Virus record (IMG/VR): IMGVR_UViG_3300011242_000002
Coordinates: 128,001 to 192,000 of that record
DNA length: 64,000 nt
Strand: one strand, 5' to 3'
From: a virus
Taxonomy: Duplodnaviria; Caudoviricetes
The notes beneath the pieces were generated by a model. That model was given only the letters and a program-made list of their open reading frames with translations. It did not search any database and was not told the DNA's origin. A program made the position numbers and the translations under genes. The stretch's first letter is position 1; each line of letters opens with the position of its first letter. This document shows, piece after piece, positions 1 to 10,020 of the stretch.

Positions 1-1
1 C

Positions 2-3000
2 CGCCTGCGCACGCCAAGCGACTACTGGTTCATCCACTTCTGGCTGTGGCTCGGTAACCACCGGGAAGCGTCGCTGTTCAGCATGCTCGACCATACGCCA
101 AAGCAGCTGGAGAAGATCCACTTGGTAATTGGCAACGTCGGGGCCTACACTGTACTGCGCCTTGACGTGGTTGAGAAATGGCGTGAAGAGATCCTCAAGG
201 CCTCAAAGTCGGGTAATGGGTTAGACAACTTCCGCAAGCACATGCTAAAGTTCATGACCAAGCTGTTCGAGGTGAAAACCGGTGGCCAGGACATTGCGAG
301 CGAAGACGAACAGGCGGAGATCATCAGCCCGGTCGAGCTGCCGCAAGAGGTGCAGGCCAATGAAACTGACGATGCCGACGTGGGCGACGGAACCGACGAC
401 GCCCCTGCCCCGGCTGTGCCGAAAACCATCTTTGGTATCGAGGTGCCCAGTGTCGAGGAAACGCCAACGCCTGCGCCGGCTACAAAGCCAGCGAAGAACC
501 CATCTACTGGTTCAGCGCCTGACGGTGACGAACCCCTTAGCGATATCGACGTCTACGAGCAGCGCAGCTTTAACGACGAGATTGCCGACGATGAGTTCAA
601 CCACGACCGTGACGGACGTCGGGCACCGACCGTTCCCAACAACACCGTGGAAGCCAAACCAGAAGACGGCGTTAACGAGTACATTGAGGCTCTGTCCGAT
701 GCCGGCATGTTAACCGCGGCGGAATACAAGCGCTTTAAGCGTCTGGCTGAACAGTACCGGCAGATCCCGAACCCAATGGGACCGGGGACCCTGCTGGATC
801 TGATGACCATTGACCCGGCGAAGCTGACCAACCTGTCAGGTGGTGAAGCCCCTGATTCGATCAGTATCCTGAACAAGGCGATGTTGTCGACCTGCCTGAA
901 CAACCTCGACAAGAACTACATCGAGCACGTGCTGGAAGCGGATATTGCCAACGTGGTGATGTCGATTCAGAACACCGGAGTGGCGGTTATTGACTACCAG
1001 CGCGAGGAGCGTCAGGACGCGGTCACCCGGTTCGTGGTCTACACCGTACAGGTGCAACCGGTGGGCGGTAAGGTCTCTACCCTGCGTTTTCGTATTCCGA
1101 AGATTGATCCGGACGGCACCACCCTTACCAACAACGTGAAGAGCCGCGTGCGCAAACAGCGTGTCGATATTCCGATCCGTAAGGTCAGCACCGTCAAGGT
1201 GGCGATGACCTCCTACTACGGAAAGATGTTCATGACCCGCTCGGAGCTCGCCAAGTACGACTACGGCCGCTGGCTGGGCAACCGCGTCAACCTGATGTCG
1301 CTCCCCAACCCGAGCGACTCGACCTACGTACCGCCGATCAGCAACCTGGTGATTGGTCGCTACTTCACGCCGTCGGTCTACGTGCCGCACACCTATGCGA
1401 TCATTGCCCAGCGCTATAAAGGTTTTGACTATCAGGGGGTGACGTTCCTGTTCTCCATCAAGCAGGTGAAAGAGCAGGTCGGTGACGAGCTGTGGGATCG
1501 CTACTACAAGAACAAGCTGGTCATCTGCGGCTTTAAGCAGGGCAGTCCGGTGCTGATGGACAACAACGGCAACCTGTACGTAGCAAACGGTGATGCGCTG
1601 GACCCGCTGGGGGATTTCGAATCCTTCCTCGGCCTGGACGTCAGCAAAGCACCGATTGAAACCGTCGAGCTGCAGATCTTCCGCAAGGCAGTACCGGTAG
1701 GGGTGATCCTGGCCTACTACTACGGTCTGTCCACCATGGTGGAGCAGCTGCAGATGCAGGTGCGCTTTGTGCCACGCGGTGAGCGATTGAAGCTGTCGGC
1801 GGATGAACGTGCGGTCACCTTTAACGATGAGGTGCTGGTGTTTAACCGCAGCGATCGCTTAACCGCCATGCTGCTCAACGGCTTTAACTACTACGAGAAA
1901 GAAGTCCAGCGTTTTAGCCGCTACGACTTTGACCGTAAGTCGGTGTACGCCAACCTGCTGGCTTCGGCCAACCTGGGGGTGCGCTGGATTCGTGAACTTG
2001 ACCTGCTGCGAGAGATGTTCATCGATCCGATTACCCGTGACGAGCTCAAGCGGATGAATGCACCAACGCGCTGGGATCTGCTATTGCTGCACGGGGTGCG
2101 GATGCTGTTAAACGATCGCCACCTGAAAGAGACCTCCATGCGCGAACAGCGTATTCGTGGTTCCGAACGCGTGGCCGGGGCGGTGTACAAGGAGTTGGTG
2201 AAATCGGCCCGTCAGCTGAAGACCCGCGCGGCGGCCACAAAGGCTGGGATGGAGATGCACCCGGATGCGGTGTGGTACGAGCTGCTCGACGATACGGCAT
2301 CAACCCCGATCGAAGAGTGCAACCCGATCCACAACATCAAGGACTACTCGATTGTCACCTTTGGCGGCACCGGTGGGCGTACGGCACGGTCGATGACCAA
2401 GCCCACGCGTGAGTTCACCGAGGACAACCTCGGGGTAACCTCTGAATCCTCCGTGGATAACTCGGATGTAGGCTATGCGGCACACATGACCTCGGATCCG
2501 TTGATTACCGATCTGCGTGGTAACGCCCAGGCGGCCACCGACGAAACCAACCCGAACCATCTGGTGTCCTTTACCGCAATGCTCAACCCGGGCTCGGATC
2601 GTGACTCCCCGCAGCGTGTGATGTTTACCTCGGTGCAGCACTCGCAGGCAATGTATGCGGTAGGGTATAAAACCACACCGTATCGCACTGGGGCCGAGCG
2701 GATGGTCGCACACCGCGTCAGTAAAATGTTCTCGTATGCGGCAGAAGCGGATGGGGTGGTAAAAGAAGTCAGTGATAAGCACCTGCTGGCGGACTACGGT
2801 GATCGGATGGTGGGCGTGGAGATCGGTACGCGCTTTGGCACCGCATCGGGGACCACCTACGTGCACGAGATCATCACTGACCTTAAGCCGGGCGATAGCT
2901 TCCGTAAAGGGGCGATTTTGGTGTGGAACCGCAACTACTTTGAGCGCGACTTCATGGAACCCGATCAGGTCTCCTGGAAAGGCGGGGTAATTGTTAACAC

Positions 3001-3736
3001 CGCGTTGATGGAAGACCAGTTCACCTATGAAGACTCCTCGATGATCTATCGTGGTGTGGGCAAGGACCTGGCAACCTTTACCGGCAAGCCAATCCCCATC
3101 ATCGTGGACTTCAACCAGGAGGTGCGTAACCTGATCACGGTGGGGGAAGAGGTTGAGCAGGAAACAATCTTATGTACCTTAGAACACCAGGTCAGCGCCC
3201 AGCTGGGGCTGGACGACGACGGGAGCTACGACAGCCTGCGCGTCTTTAGCCATGATAACCCGAAAGCGAAAGTGGTCGGGCGGGTGGCCAAGATCGACGT
3301 GCTGTATCGGGGAAACATCGACGACATGTCGGAGTCCCTGGCGGTAATTGCGAACCGCTCGGATCGGGAACGGCGTAAGCTGAACCGAGCCCTGCGGGGG
3401 AACGAGGCCGAAACCGGTGAGGTGATGGGTGGGCTGCGCATCGGTGGCGATACCCTGGAGCCGAAGCAGGCGGTGATCTACGTGTATCTGATCACGCCGA
3501 TGCCTACCATCATTGGTGACAAAGGGGTGTTTGCTAACCAGATGAAGTCGACCTTTGGCTACATCTACGACGAGCAGATCCTAACGGTCAGCGGGAAAGA
3601 GGTCGGAGCGATCTTCTCCAACCTGTCGATTGCGAACCGTATGGTGACCTCACCGTACATCATCGGCGCCATGAACTCTTACCTCGATACGGTCACGAAA
3701 AACGCCTTCAAGCTCTGGAAGTCAATGAGAGGATAA
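2..3736 (+). CDS. Virion multisubunit RNA polymerase beta subunit (phiKZ gp178-like), 5'-truncated by the window
   Basis: Frame is open from position 2, upstream of the ATG at 83. C-terminal beta-like motifs (TYEDS, IGDKGVFANQMKS). Lies upstream of a vRNAP small subunit and the head protease, as in phiKZ/SPN3US. Confidence 0.88.
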   Translation, partial: RLRTPSDYWFIHFWLWLGNHREASLFSMLDHTPKQLEKIHLVIGNVGAYTVLRLDVVEKWREEILKASKSGNGLDNFRKHMLKFMTKLFEVKTGGQDIASEDEQAEIISPVELPQEVQANETDDADVGDGTDDAPAPAVPKTIFGIEVPSVEETPTPAPATKPAKNPSTGSAPDGDEPLSDIDVYEQRSFNDEIADDEFNHDRDGRRAPTVPNNTVEAKPEDGVNEYIEALSDAGMLTAAEYKRFKRLAEQYRQIPNPMGPGTLLDLMTIDPAKLTNLSGGEAPDSISILNKAMLSTCLNNLDKNYIEHVLEADIANVVMSIQNTGVAVIDYQREERQDAVTRFVVYTVQVQPVGGKVSTLRFRIPKIDPDGTTLTNNVKSRVRKQRVDIPIRKVSTVKVAMTSYYGKMFMTRSELAKYDYGRWLGNRVNLMSLPNPSDSTYVPPISNLVIGRYFTPSVYVPHTYAIIAQRYKGFDYQGVTFLFSIKQVKEQVGDELWDRYYKNKLVICGFKQGSPVLMDNNGNLYVANGDALDPLGDFESFLGLDVSKAPIETVELQIFRKAVPVGVILAYYYGLSTMVEQLQMQVRFVPRGERLKLSADERAVTFNDEVLVFNRSDRLTAMLLNGFNYYEKEVQRFSRYDFDRKSVYANLLASANLGVRWIRELDLLREMFIDPITRDELKRMNAPTRWDLLLLHGVRMLLNDRHLKETSMREQRIRGSERVAGAVYKELVKSARQLKTRAAATKAGMEMHPDAVWYELLDDTASTPIEECNPIHNIKDYSIVTFGGTGGRTARSMTKPTREFTEDNLGVTSESSVDNSDVGYAAHMTSDPLITDLRGNAQAATDETNPNHLVSFTAMLNPGSDRDSPQRVMFTSVQHSQAMYAVGYKTTPYRTGAERMVAHRVSKMFSYAAEADGVVKEVSDKHLLADYGDRMVGVEIGTRFGTASGTTYVHEIITDLKPGDSFRKGAILVWNRNYFERDFMEPDQVSWKGGVIVNTALMEDQFTYEDSSMIYRGVGKDLATFTGKPIPIIVDFNQEVRNLITVGEEVEQETILCTLEHQVSAQLGLDDDGSYDSLRVFSHDNPKAKVVGRVAKIDVLYRGNIDDMSESLAVIANRSDRERRKLNRALRGNEAETGEVMGGLRIGGDTLEPKQAVIYVYLITPMPTIIGDKGVFANQMKSTFGYIYDEQILTVSGKEVGAIFSNLSIANRMVTSPYIIGAMNSYLDTVTKNAFKLWKSMRG

Positions 3737-3737
3737 G

Positions 3738-4460
3738 ATGAGCGTCAGTGCCATTCGTGAAGTGCAACAACAGTTAAAGGACGCCGGGTTCTACACCGGC
3801 GTGGTAGACGGCGCCTGGGGCAAACTGTCCCGGGACGCCTTAACCGCATGCATTGCAGCAGGTAAAGGTGGAAGTAACATGAGCGGAACAAAGTTGGATA
3901 TTGCCTGGAGTGCGAAGGTCAGTCCGGCCTTCTGTGCCCGAGTGCGTCAGATGGCAATTGATCTGAAGATCCCGGATCTGATGATCAACAGCGGCTACGG
4001 TAACGTTCAGCTGGTTACCGGCGCGGACATGCTGATGGCGTGCATGGCGTTTGAAACAGGCGAGACCTTCAGCCCGACGATTAAGAACGGTGCAGGTGCG
4101 CCCTACTACGGCTTGATCCAATTCGGCAAGGCGGCTGCCACCGACTGCGGGACCACCGTGGAAGCGCTGGTGAAGATGAGCGCGGAACAGCAGCTGGAAT
4201 ACGTGTACAAGTATTTCAAACCGCTGACCGGGAAACTGAGAACCGTCAGCGACCTGTACATGAAGATCCTGTGGCCGGCGGCGGTCGGTAAAGCCGAAGA
4301 CTTCGTGCTGTGGACCCAGCAGGGCCGTCCTACCACGTACCTCCAGAACAAGGGGTTGGACGTGAACAAAGACGGGGCGATTACCAAGGCTGAAGCAGCC
4401 AGTAAAGTTACAGACAAACTGACGCGTGGTCTGCAGCCACAGTTCCGTCGGGCCCTGTAA
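3738..4460 (+). CDS. Modular lysin: peptidoglycan-binding domain plus lysozyme-like/lytic transglycosylase domain
   Basis: N-terminal QQQLKDAGFYTGVVDGAWG PG-binding motif; MAFETG (catalytic Glu candidate) and GLIQF; EF-hand-like DVNKDGAITKAE. Confidence 0.8.
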   Translation: MSVSAIREVQQQLKDAGFYTGVVDGAWGKLSRDALTACIAAGKGGSNMSGTKLDIAWSAKVSPAFCARVRQMAIDLKIPDLMINSGYGNVQLVTGADMLMACMAFETGETFSPTIKNGAGAPYYGLIQFGKAAATDCGTTVEALVKMSAEQQLEYVYKYFKPLTGKLRTVSDLYMKILWPAAVGKAEDFVLWTQQGRPTTYLQNKGLDVNKDGAITKAEAASKVTDKLTRGLQPQFRRAL

Positions 4461-4506
4461 TTACTTTCGGGGTGTTTCGACACCCCACCATCCTCGAGGA
4501 GTGTGT

Positions 4507-4701
4507 ATGTCAACGAACACCTACGACAACGCCAACGTGTTGGCGAATATCGTATCAACCACCACAGCGGTGATGGAGGCGATCAGTGGTAACGAGATTG
4601 CTGATCTCAGCGACGTGAAGGACGCTAACGTGATGGCCAACCTGGCCGCAGCCAAGCTGCACAACCTGGTGACCCCTCTTTTAATCAACAGCGCGAATTA
4701 A
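4507..4701 (+). CDS. Small protein in the head/vRNAP operon (64 aa)
   Basis: GAGGAG RBS before ATG 4507; fills the gap before 4711. Confidence 0.6.
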   Translation: MSTNTYDNANVLANIVSTTTAVMEAISGNEIADLSDVKDANVMANLAAAKLHNLVTPLLINSAN

Positions 4702-4710
4702 GGACCCATC

Positions 4711-6240
4711 ATGCTGAAGAAACAAGATGTGGCTGCAATTATGCCAATCGCCGGGATGTTGGCCGAACGCGGCGTGCGTTTAGAGACGGTCCCCGGTTCC
4801 CCGATCAGTAACCTGACCATGGCCAGTGCCTCCATCAACCCAAGCGATGCCGATCCTGAATCGGTGCTGATTGCGGTATCGAACCCGTACGACACCGGTC
4901 GTCGTGATACCGAGGGTAACCCAGTGGTCCTGCCCTCTGAACACGGCTTTGTGAAAAAGCGCACCGTGGACTGTATTGCCAAAGGCGTCCAGACCGTCGT
5001 GGCGAACGCCCGTGGGGTAGTGATTCCCGCGATTAATGCTGCCCGTGATGCGGTGCTGACCGGGGTGGATGAAGGTAGCAAGGCCAAGGTGATTATCCCT
5101 GAGGTCGACGTCTACAACTATGATCCGATCTACGCCAGCGTTATCGTTGACGGGATTGCTAACCAGTACCAGCAGGTGGACCTGGTCGGGATGCCTACCC
5201 TGCAGTTGCCGGATCTGAGCGAAGAGCAGCTGCATGCTCTGGTGGATTCCGGTTCCCAGGAAGTGCGTGACTTCATCGCCCGTGAAGACCAGGAGTGTCC
5301 AGGTCATCTGTCAGCGATCTGGCAGATCTGGTTCCAGGGCCGTCCGGTTTCTAACACTGACGACTTCGTGTTCTTAAGCCGTATGCTGGTTGGTGGTAAC
5401 GACAAGACCCGTCTGATTGCGGCCGGTCAGTTCGGTGACAGCACCGACACCCGTAAAGGCTACGACTCGATCCTGGTGGCGTTCCTGTTGGCCAATGCCC
5501 TGTACGACAACCCGGTAAGCGGCGTGAGCTGGAACCTGGACCTGGCGCAGTACAACATGGCGATGTCGGCGTTTAAAGCACACTTCGGTAAAGTGGTCGG
5601 TCGCGTGTACAACGCCCGTGTGGTGGCTGCCGAACAGAAGCAGCTGATCATCAACATGCCGGTAGTGGCTAACTGGCAACTCGGTGAGCGCACGGAAAAC
5701 ATCCTGCTTAACGGTGACGTGTATAAATGGTACCTCGACAACGGTGGTTCCATTGAAGCGGTAATCGGTAACGTCTTTAGCCAGCGTACGCCAAGCGGTC
5801 GCACCACGCTTGACCTGAAGCCGCAGTTCGAAGCCGCGTATAACAACGTGGTGAGTAGCTATGCGGGTCTTGGGGTAAGCAACAAGCATCGCCTGACCAT
5901 CACCCTGTTGAGCGAAGTCTTGATTAACCATATCAAGCAGATCGACATCGGCTACTGGGACAGCCTTCATCCGAACACCAGCAAGCTCTCCGTCATCCAA
6001 GACGTGCAGAACTACCTGGCGCAGGGTTTACCGCTGGGCACCACCGATGCCATTAACCGTGTCATCATCTTCGCCTTTGCTACGCTGATCTACGGTCCGC
6101 TGCGTACCGAAGACTTCATCTCGGCGATGAACAACTACCCGGACCAGACGCTGTCGCCAAAAGCGATCGCTGCACACGTAATCATGGACATGGTCATCAA
6201 GTCCCTGATGTGCGACGTCTATTACAACTTCAACTCGTAA
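4711..6240 (+). CDS. Virion/head structural protein (phiKZ gp177 / SPN3US gp243 position)
   Basis: 509 aa, AAGGA RBS; call rests on synteny between vRNAP beta and the protease. Confidence 0.55.
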   Translation: MLKKQDVAAIMPIAGMLAERGVRLETVPGSPISNLTMASASINPSDADPESVLIAVSNPYDTGRRDTEGNPVVLPSEHGFVKKRTVDCIAKGVQTVVANARGVVIPAINAARDAVLTGVDEGSKAKVIIPEVDVYNYDPIYASVIVDGIANQYQQVDLVGMPTLQLPDLSEEQLHALVDSGSQEVRDFIAREDQECPGHLSAIWQIWFQGRPVSNTDDFVFLSRMLVGGNDKTRLIAAGQFGDSTDTRKGYDSILVAFLLANALYDNPVSGVSWNLDLAQYNMAMSAFKAHFGKVVGRVYNARVVAAEQKQLIINMPVVANWQLGERTENILLNGDVYKWYLDNGGSIEAVIGNVFSQRTPSGRTTLDLKPQFEAAYNNVVSSYAGLGVSNKHRLTITLLSEVLINHIKQIDIGYWDSLHPNTSKLSVIQDVQNYLAQGLPLGTTDAINRVIIFAFATLIYGPLRTEDFISAMNNYPDQTLSPKAIAAHVIMDMVIKSLMCDVYYNFNS

Positions 6241-6249
6241 GGATAACCC

Positions 6250-6975
6250 ATGGACCTGTCAACCTTAACACGTAACCGGGAGAAGGTCCGTGCCAATCTG
6301 GTAAAGCTTGACGACAACTCGGTCGTCTGCCGCGAGGGGTGTAAAGTCTACATCCCTCAACGCTACGTCAGCAAAGGCCTGGCCGGCGTTGGCGAGACCG
6401 TGTGGTCGGTCGGTGAATTCGTGATGGTCACGGACAGTGGGTTCTATTGTGCAACGCTCGTGCCGGCGATCATGACGCTCAACCCGACGGAGGTGCGTCA
6501 AGTGAAGCTGGCCGGTGATCCGTACTACGAGCTGGGGTTTGCTGCCGGTAGCGTGGTGATTGCGTCAACCTGGGTCGCGAAGTCGGACAGCACCATCCCG
6601 CCGCTGTTTAACGAGTTGGTGATTAACGGCAACGTACCCTACGGCTTTAGCCTGTTTGACCTGATCAAGTGCTTCCACCTGGCACAGAAGTACACCGGGT
6701 TTAAGATGGGTGCCAACCCGCAGGTATTCGAAACCATCGTCAACATCATTGCCCGCGACCCGGACGATCTGAACAAACAGTATCGTGGGGTGCCTAAGGC
6801 TTTGGATGACGTGTACAAGAAGCCGCCGACCATCGTGGGTCTGCGTAACCCAGCGGTAACCTCCACCAACACGGTGGCCAAGCTGATTGGGTCGTATTTC
6901 CAGGACGGGGTGGTGTCGTCGCTCATTAACCCATCGGATCGCGTTGAAGGCGTTGAAGCCTTGCTGAGGAGCTAA
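6250..6975 (+). CDS. Probable small virion RNAP subunit (beta' C-terminal part; phiKZ gp176 / SPN3US gp244-like)
   Basis: Synteny and size (241 aa); C-terminal KLIGSYFQDGVVSSL segment resembles the end of beta'. Confidence 0.6.
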   Translation: MDLSTLTRNREKVRANLVKLDDNSVVCREGCKVYIPQRYVSKGLAGVGETVWSVGEFVMVTDSGFYCATLVPAIMTLNPTEVRQVKLAGDPYYELGFAAGSVVIASTWVAKSDSTIPPLFNELVINGNVPYGFSLFDLIKCFHLAQKYTGFKMGANPQVFETIVNIIARDPDDLNKQYRGVPKALDDVYKKPPTIVGLRNPAVTSTNTVAKLIGSYFQDGVVSSLINPSDRVEGVEALLRS

Positions 6976-6977
6976 GC

Positions 6978-7688
6978 GTGGACAGTTCAGACATGCAGGA
7001 TATGTTAAAGTTTCTGGAGTTCTGGCCGTCGACGATTGGTAACAACGTGGAGATCTTAACCCCCAACAACTCGTCGGGGGTGACCTTTCACATCAGCACC
7101 AACAACAGCCTGAAGTCCTTTGAACCGCGCGTCAGTCGGCGCACGATGAATAAGGAAGACCGTTCGGTGCCGCGGGTGTCGACGGCGGCCACCTTAAACG
7201 GCTGCCTCTCCGGCTACAGCGCCGCGCTGTACGACTGGGAGAACATGGACAACGAGAAGTGGCAGGGTGGCTGGAAGATCTACGCCATTCCGTATGACGT
7301 TGCGTTAAAGCCCAACAAGAAGATTCTGGGCGATGCTGAGCAGACCGAAGAGCTGTGGCTGGTGCCGTACAATAAGGCACACGTGCGCTACCAGGCCACC
7401 CCGATTGGTGAGATCTTCTTTACCAAGGTCGGGCGCGAGGCCACGGGCAACACGAAGATGCCACGCAGGATTGTGGTTCGCGCGTATATCCGCATCGCCG
7501 AAGGTAACATGCTGCCGTTAAACAAAAGCACGGTACTGCGGGCAGGGTACTACCAACTCACTTACAACAACTGGTTCGAAGCAATGGATCTGCGTAATCC
7601 ACAGGACATCATGGTGATACCTATTACCAGCGGTGACTACCACAGCTATAAAAAGCTCGGGGCGGGTAATCTGGGTTTAACCACTTAA
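6978..7688 (+). CDS. Hypothetical protein, possible ADP-ribosyltransferase-like fold
   Basis: GTG start with GAGGAG RBS; FHIS...FEPR...EDRSVPRVSTA...GCL motif pattern. Confidence 0.45.
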   Translation: MDSSDMQDMLKFLEFWPSTIGNNVEILTPNNSSGVTFHISTNNSLKSFEPRVSRRTMNKEDRSVPRVSTAATLNGCLSGYSAALYDWENMDNEKWQGGWKIYAIPYDVALKPNKKILGDAEQTEELWLVPYNKAHVRYQATPIGEIFFTKVGREATGNTKMPRRIVVRAYIRIAEGNMLPLNKSTVLRAGYYQLTYNNWFEAMDLRNPQDIMVIPITSGDYHSYKKLGAGNLGLTT

Positions 7689-7697
7689 GGGGACGCT

Positions 7698-8480
7698 ATG
7701 TCAAATATTACGTTTACGTGTCAGACGCTCAAGGGCACGAACAAAGCCGGGACGTTGAAGCCAAGTGGGGATGGGTACTGGACCGTCGTGCTGGGCGGGT
7801 TTAACATCCATAACGAAACCGGTAACTTCTACCCGTTTAACAACTACCTCAAAGAGGTGTTCCTCAAATCGTCGACGTTTATGCGTCGTATCGAACGCGG
7901 GCACCTGCGCGGGGAGCAGGACCATCCGAAGCTGCTGCCGGGGATGACCCAGCAACAGTTCTTCTCCCGTCTGCGTTACCTGGACATGAACTGCTGGTCC
8001 CACCACATCCGTGCGGTGGAGCTTGACTTCAGCAACTTCAAGTCGCAGCATGGCGAACAGATGGTAGCGGTGCTGGGGGAAATCAAACCGGTGGGTGGTC
8101 CAATCGGTGACAAGCTTCTGGCCTCTTTGGAAAACCCGAGCGAAGACACCTGCTTCTCCGTGCGTTCTCTCACCATGGACACCATGATGGGGATGGCGTG
8201 GAAGAAGGACATCTACGAGCTGGTAACCTGGGACTGGGTGCCGGAGCCGGGTGTACGTAACGCCACCAAGTACCACTCGCCGGGGCTGGAGGCGTTCGAA
8301 GAGTTCCGCTTTGATCCTGCGATCATTCGTAACGAAATCGTGACGGCAAAACACGCCGGCGGTCAGGGCTACGGGCTGGAGTCCAACAGCAACGACACCT
8401 CGCGTCTGGAAGTGATGCTGCAGGATTATGAAGCGGGCAGCAACTCCCCGATTCTGCGTCCAACAGCACTGCGCTGGTAA
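7698..8480 (+). CDS. Prohead (head maturation) serine protease (phiKZ gp175 / SPN3US gp245-like)
   Basis: GEQDHP (His), FSVRS (Ser), TWDWVPEPG motifs; C-terminal GLE sites consistent with autocleavage. Confidence 0.88.
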   Translation: MSNITFTCQTLKGTNKAGTLKPSGDGYWTVVLGGFNIHNETGNFYPFNNYLKEVFLKSSTFMRRIERGHLRGEQDHPKLLPGMTQQQFFSRLRYLDMNCWSHHIRAVELDFSNFKSQHGEQMVAVLGEIKPVGGPIGDKLLASLENPSEDTCFSVRSLTMDTMMGMAWKKDIYELVTWDWVPEPGVRNATKYHSPGLEAFEEFRFDPAIIRNEIVTAKHAGGQGYGLESNSNDTSRLEVMLQDYEAGSNSPILRPTALRW

Positions 8481-8488
8481 GTCATACG

Positions 8489-8517
8489 GGGCGGGGTACA
8501 CCCCGCCCTTTATGCCG
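8489..8517 (+). terminator. Terminator hairpin followed by TTATGCCG
   Basis: GGGCGGGG-taca-CCCCGCCC then TTTATGCCG after the protease stop. Confidence 0.75.
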
Positions 8518-8578
8518 ATTAGTAAAATTGTACTCAAATCCACATTACTATGTCTACCTACGACTAAGGATTACAACA

Positions 8579-9112
8579 ATGATTATCGATGCCCCGCACA
8601 GTGTGGCGCGCGCCTTCCTAGGCATGAAAGAACTTGAAAGCTTTATCCCACGCTACGTGGACGTGGTCATGAAGACCGTAGCTGAAATGCAAAACAGCGC
8701 CGAGCGTTTAAAAGTGGATGACAAGGAGTCGCGGGATGCGGTCCTCGGGCAGCTGGTGACCAACGTCAACGTTTTTGTCTTAGGCGATGATGCGGAGAAC
8801 GTCAAGGACTGGCCGCTGGTGAGTATGTCTCCGCTGCACGTGGGGCTGGCGTTTCGCAGCCAGCTGATTTACCTGCTGTCGCGGGATGAGGTGAATATCC
8901 GCAATATCCTGAACTTCATCAACGTGGTGTATTTCCCGAACCTCAATCTCGTGGAACTCAACGAGATGCTGCTGCGCTACGGTGACCGCCCAGGACCCAA
9001 CAGCGCACGGGTACAAAAGATGCTGGTGCTGCTGGTTCATCAGGTGGCAATGCTTGCCTCACGCCGTGAGCTGGTGCTGACCGAAACCGTTACTGAAGAA
9101 GGAGACGCCTGA
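8579..9112 (+). CDS. Hypothetical protein
   Basis: TAAGGA RBS before ATG 8579, in frame with the ORF at 8528; CACATTAC promoter-like site at 8541. Confidence 0.7.
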   Translation: MIIDAPHSVARAFLGMKELESFIPRYVDVVMKTVAEMQNSAERLKVDDKESRDAVLGQLVTNVNVFVLGDDAENVKDWPLVSMSPLHVGLAFRSQLIYLLSRDEVNIRNILNFINVVYFPNLNLVELNEMLLRYGDRPGPNSARVQKMLVLLVHQVAMLASRRELVLTETVTEEGDA

Positions 9113-9279
9113 TGGGTGGTCCAACATTACACGTGATGCTGATGGAGTTTAATACGGCATACGAGAAGTTCATTGCGGACAATCGCTACGCGGGCTTTAG
9201 CCCGGCGATGCTGCATGCCAAAGCGATGGCGTATGCACGGGATCACCTGCAGTCCATCTGGCCGGTCATGGCCGATTAA
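9112..9279 (+). CDS. Small hypothetical protein (55 aa, MGGPTLHVML...), not in the ORF track
   Basis: TGATG stop/start overlap with AAGGAG RBS. Confidence 0.6.
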   Translation: MGGPTLHVMLMEFNTAYEKFIADNRYAGFSPAMLHAKAMAYARDHLQSIWPVMAD

Positions 9280-9280
9280 G

Positions 9281-9316
9281 TTCAAACTTTTTACACCCCT
9301 ATATTACCTAAGTGTA
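9281..9316 (+). promoter_or_regulatory. Early (virion RNAP) promoter, identical 36-bp copy of the site upstream of chimallin
   Basis: TTCAAACTTTTTACACCCCTATATTACCTAAGTGTA also at 63583-63618; contains the phiKZ early core TATATTAC. Confidence 0.85.
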
Positions 9317-9375
9317 TATCTGCGCAGATATATACAACTACTCAACACAAACACCCCATTTAAAAGGAACTCGTA

Positions 9376-9822
9376 ATGTCTAAAGAAATCAAAGCTTCTA
9401 CCCGTGCCCTGGCTGACTCCATGAAAGCTGCAATGACCATGGGTGAAAACGGTGTTGCAGTAACCGCGCCTGACTGGTATGAAAAGAGCCTGCCGGAAGG
9501 CCTGACCATGGATCAGCGCAAGCAGTTCCAGAATCATGACAGCGCGGTCATGGCAGCGCAGGCGGTGGCCCTGGCCGAAGTCGGCATGCCGGTGATGAAG
9601 GAAAACAACAGCTTGAGCCAAATTTCTGCATCGATGGCGGTAGGTGGCGACACCATCAGCACCGACATCGTGCGTGAATACCAGCACGGCAAAACCACCG
9701 TACACGGTCACGTCATCAGCGCCTATACCCACAACGCGGCAGGTGCCAACCGTGGCGAGCTGGCAGCGGCCGTTAAGTACGTGCGCAGCATGGGCGATGA
9801 CCTGCTGACCGGCGGTAAGTAA
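9376..9822 (+). CDS. Probable abundant early protein of unknown function (148 aa)
   Basis: AAAAGGA RBS; downstream of the strongest early promoter match. Confidence 0.8.
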   Translation: MSKEIKASTRALADSMKAAMTMGENGVAVTAPDWYEKSLPEGLTMDQRKQFQNHDSAVMAAQAVALAEVGMPVMKENNSLSQISASMAVGGDTISTDIVREYQHGKTTVHGHVISAYTHNAAGANRGELAAAVKYVRSMGDDLLTGGK

Positions 9823-9848
9823 TCTGTAGTCTGCAGTACCTGTACCAA

Positions 9849-10017
9849 GCGGGTGGAGACCTAAGACACCTCCATCCGTGGCAGTAAAACAACAAACCCT
9901 TTTCCATTAACCATGCCTCGGTTAATTCTGAAGATAAGTTGTCCCGAAGTACATTCATTAAGACAAGCTAGTCGGTAGGGGATTATCACAGTGGTCCCTT
10001 ATCTACTGGGTTGTTGT
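9849..10017 (+). ncRNA. Structured RNA between the 9376 gene and its terminator
   Basis: 10-bp hairpin 9849-9879; closing stem ACAACAA/CCC (9889-9899) with GGG/TTGTTGT (10008-10017) enclosing three hairpins; many G-U pairs. Confidence 0.5.
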
Positions 10018-10020
10018 AAC

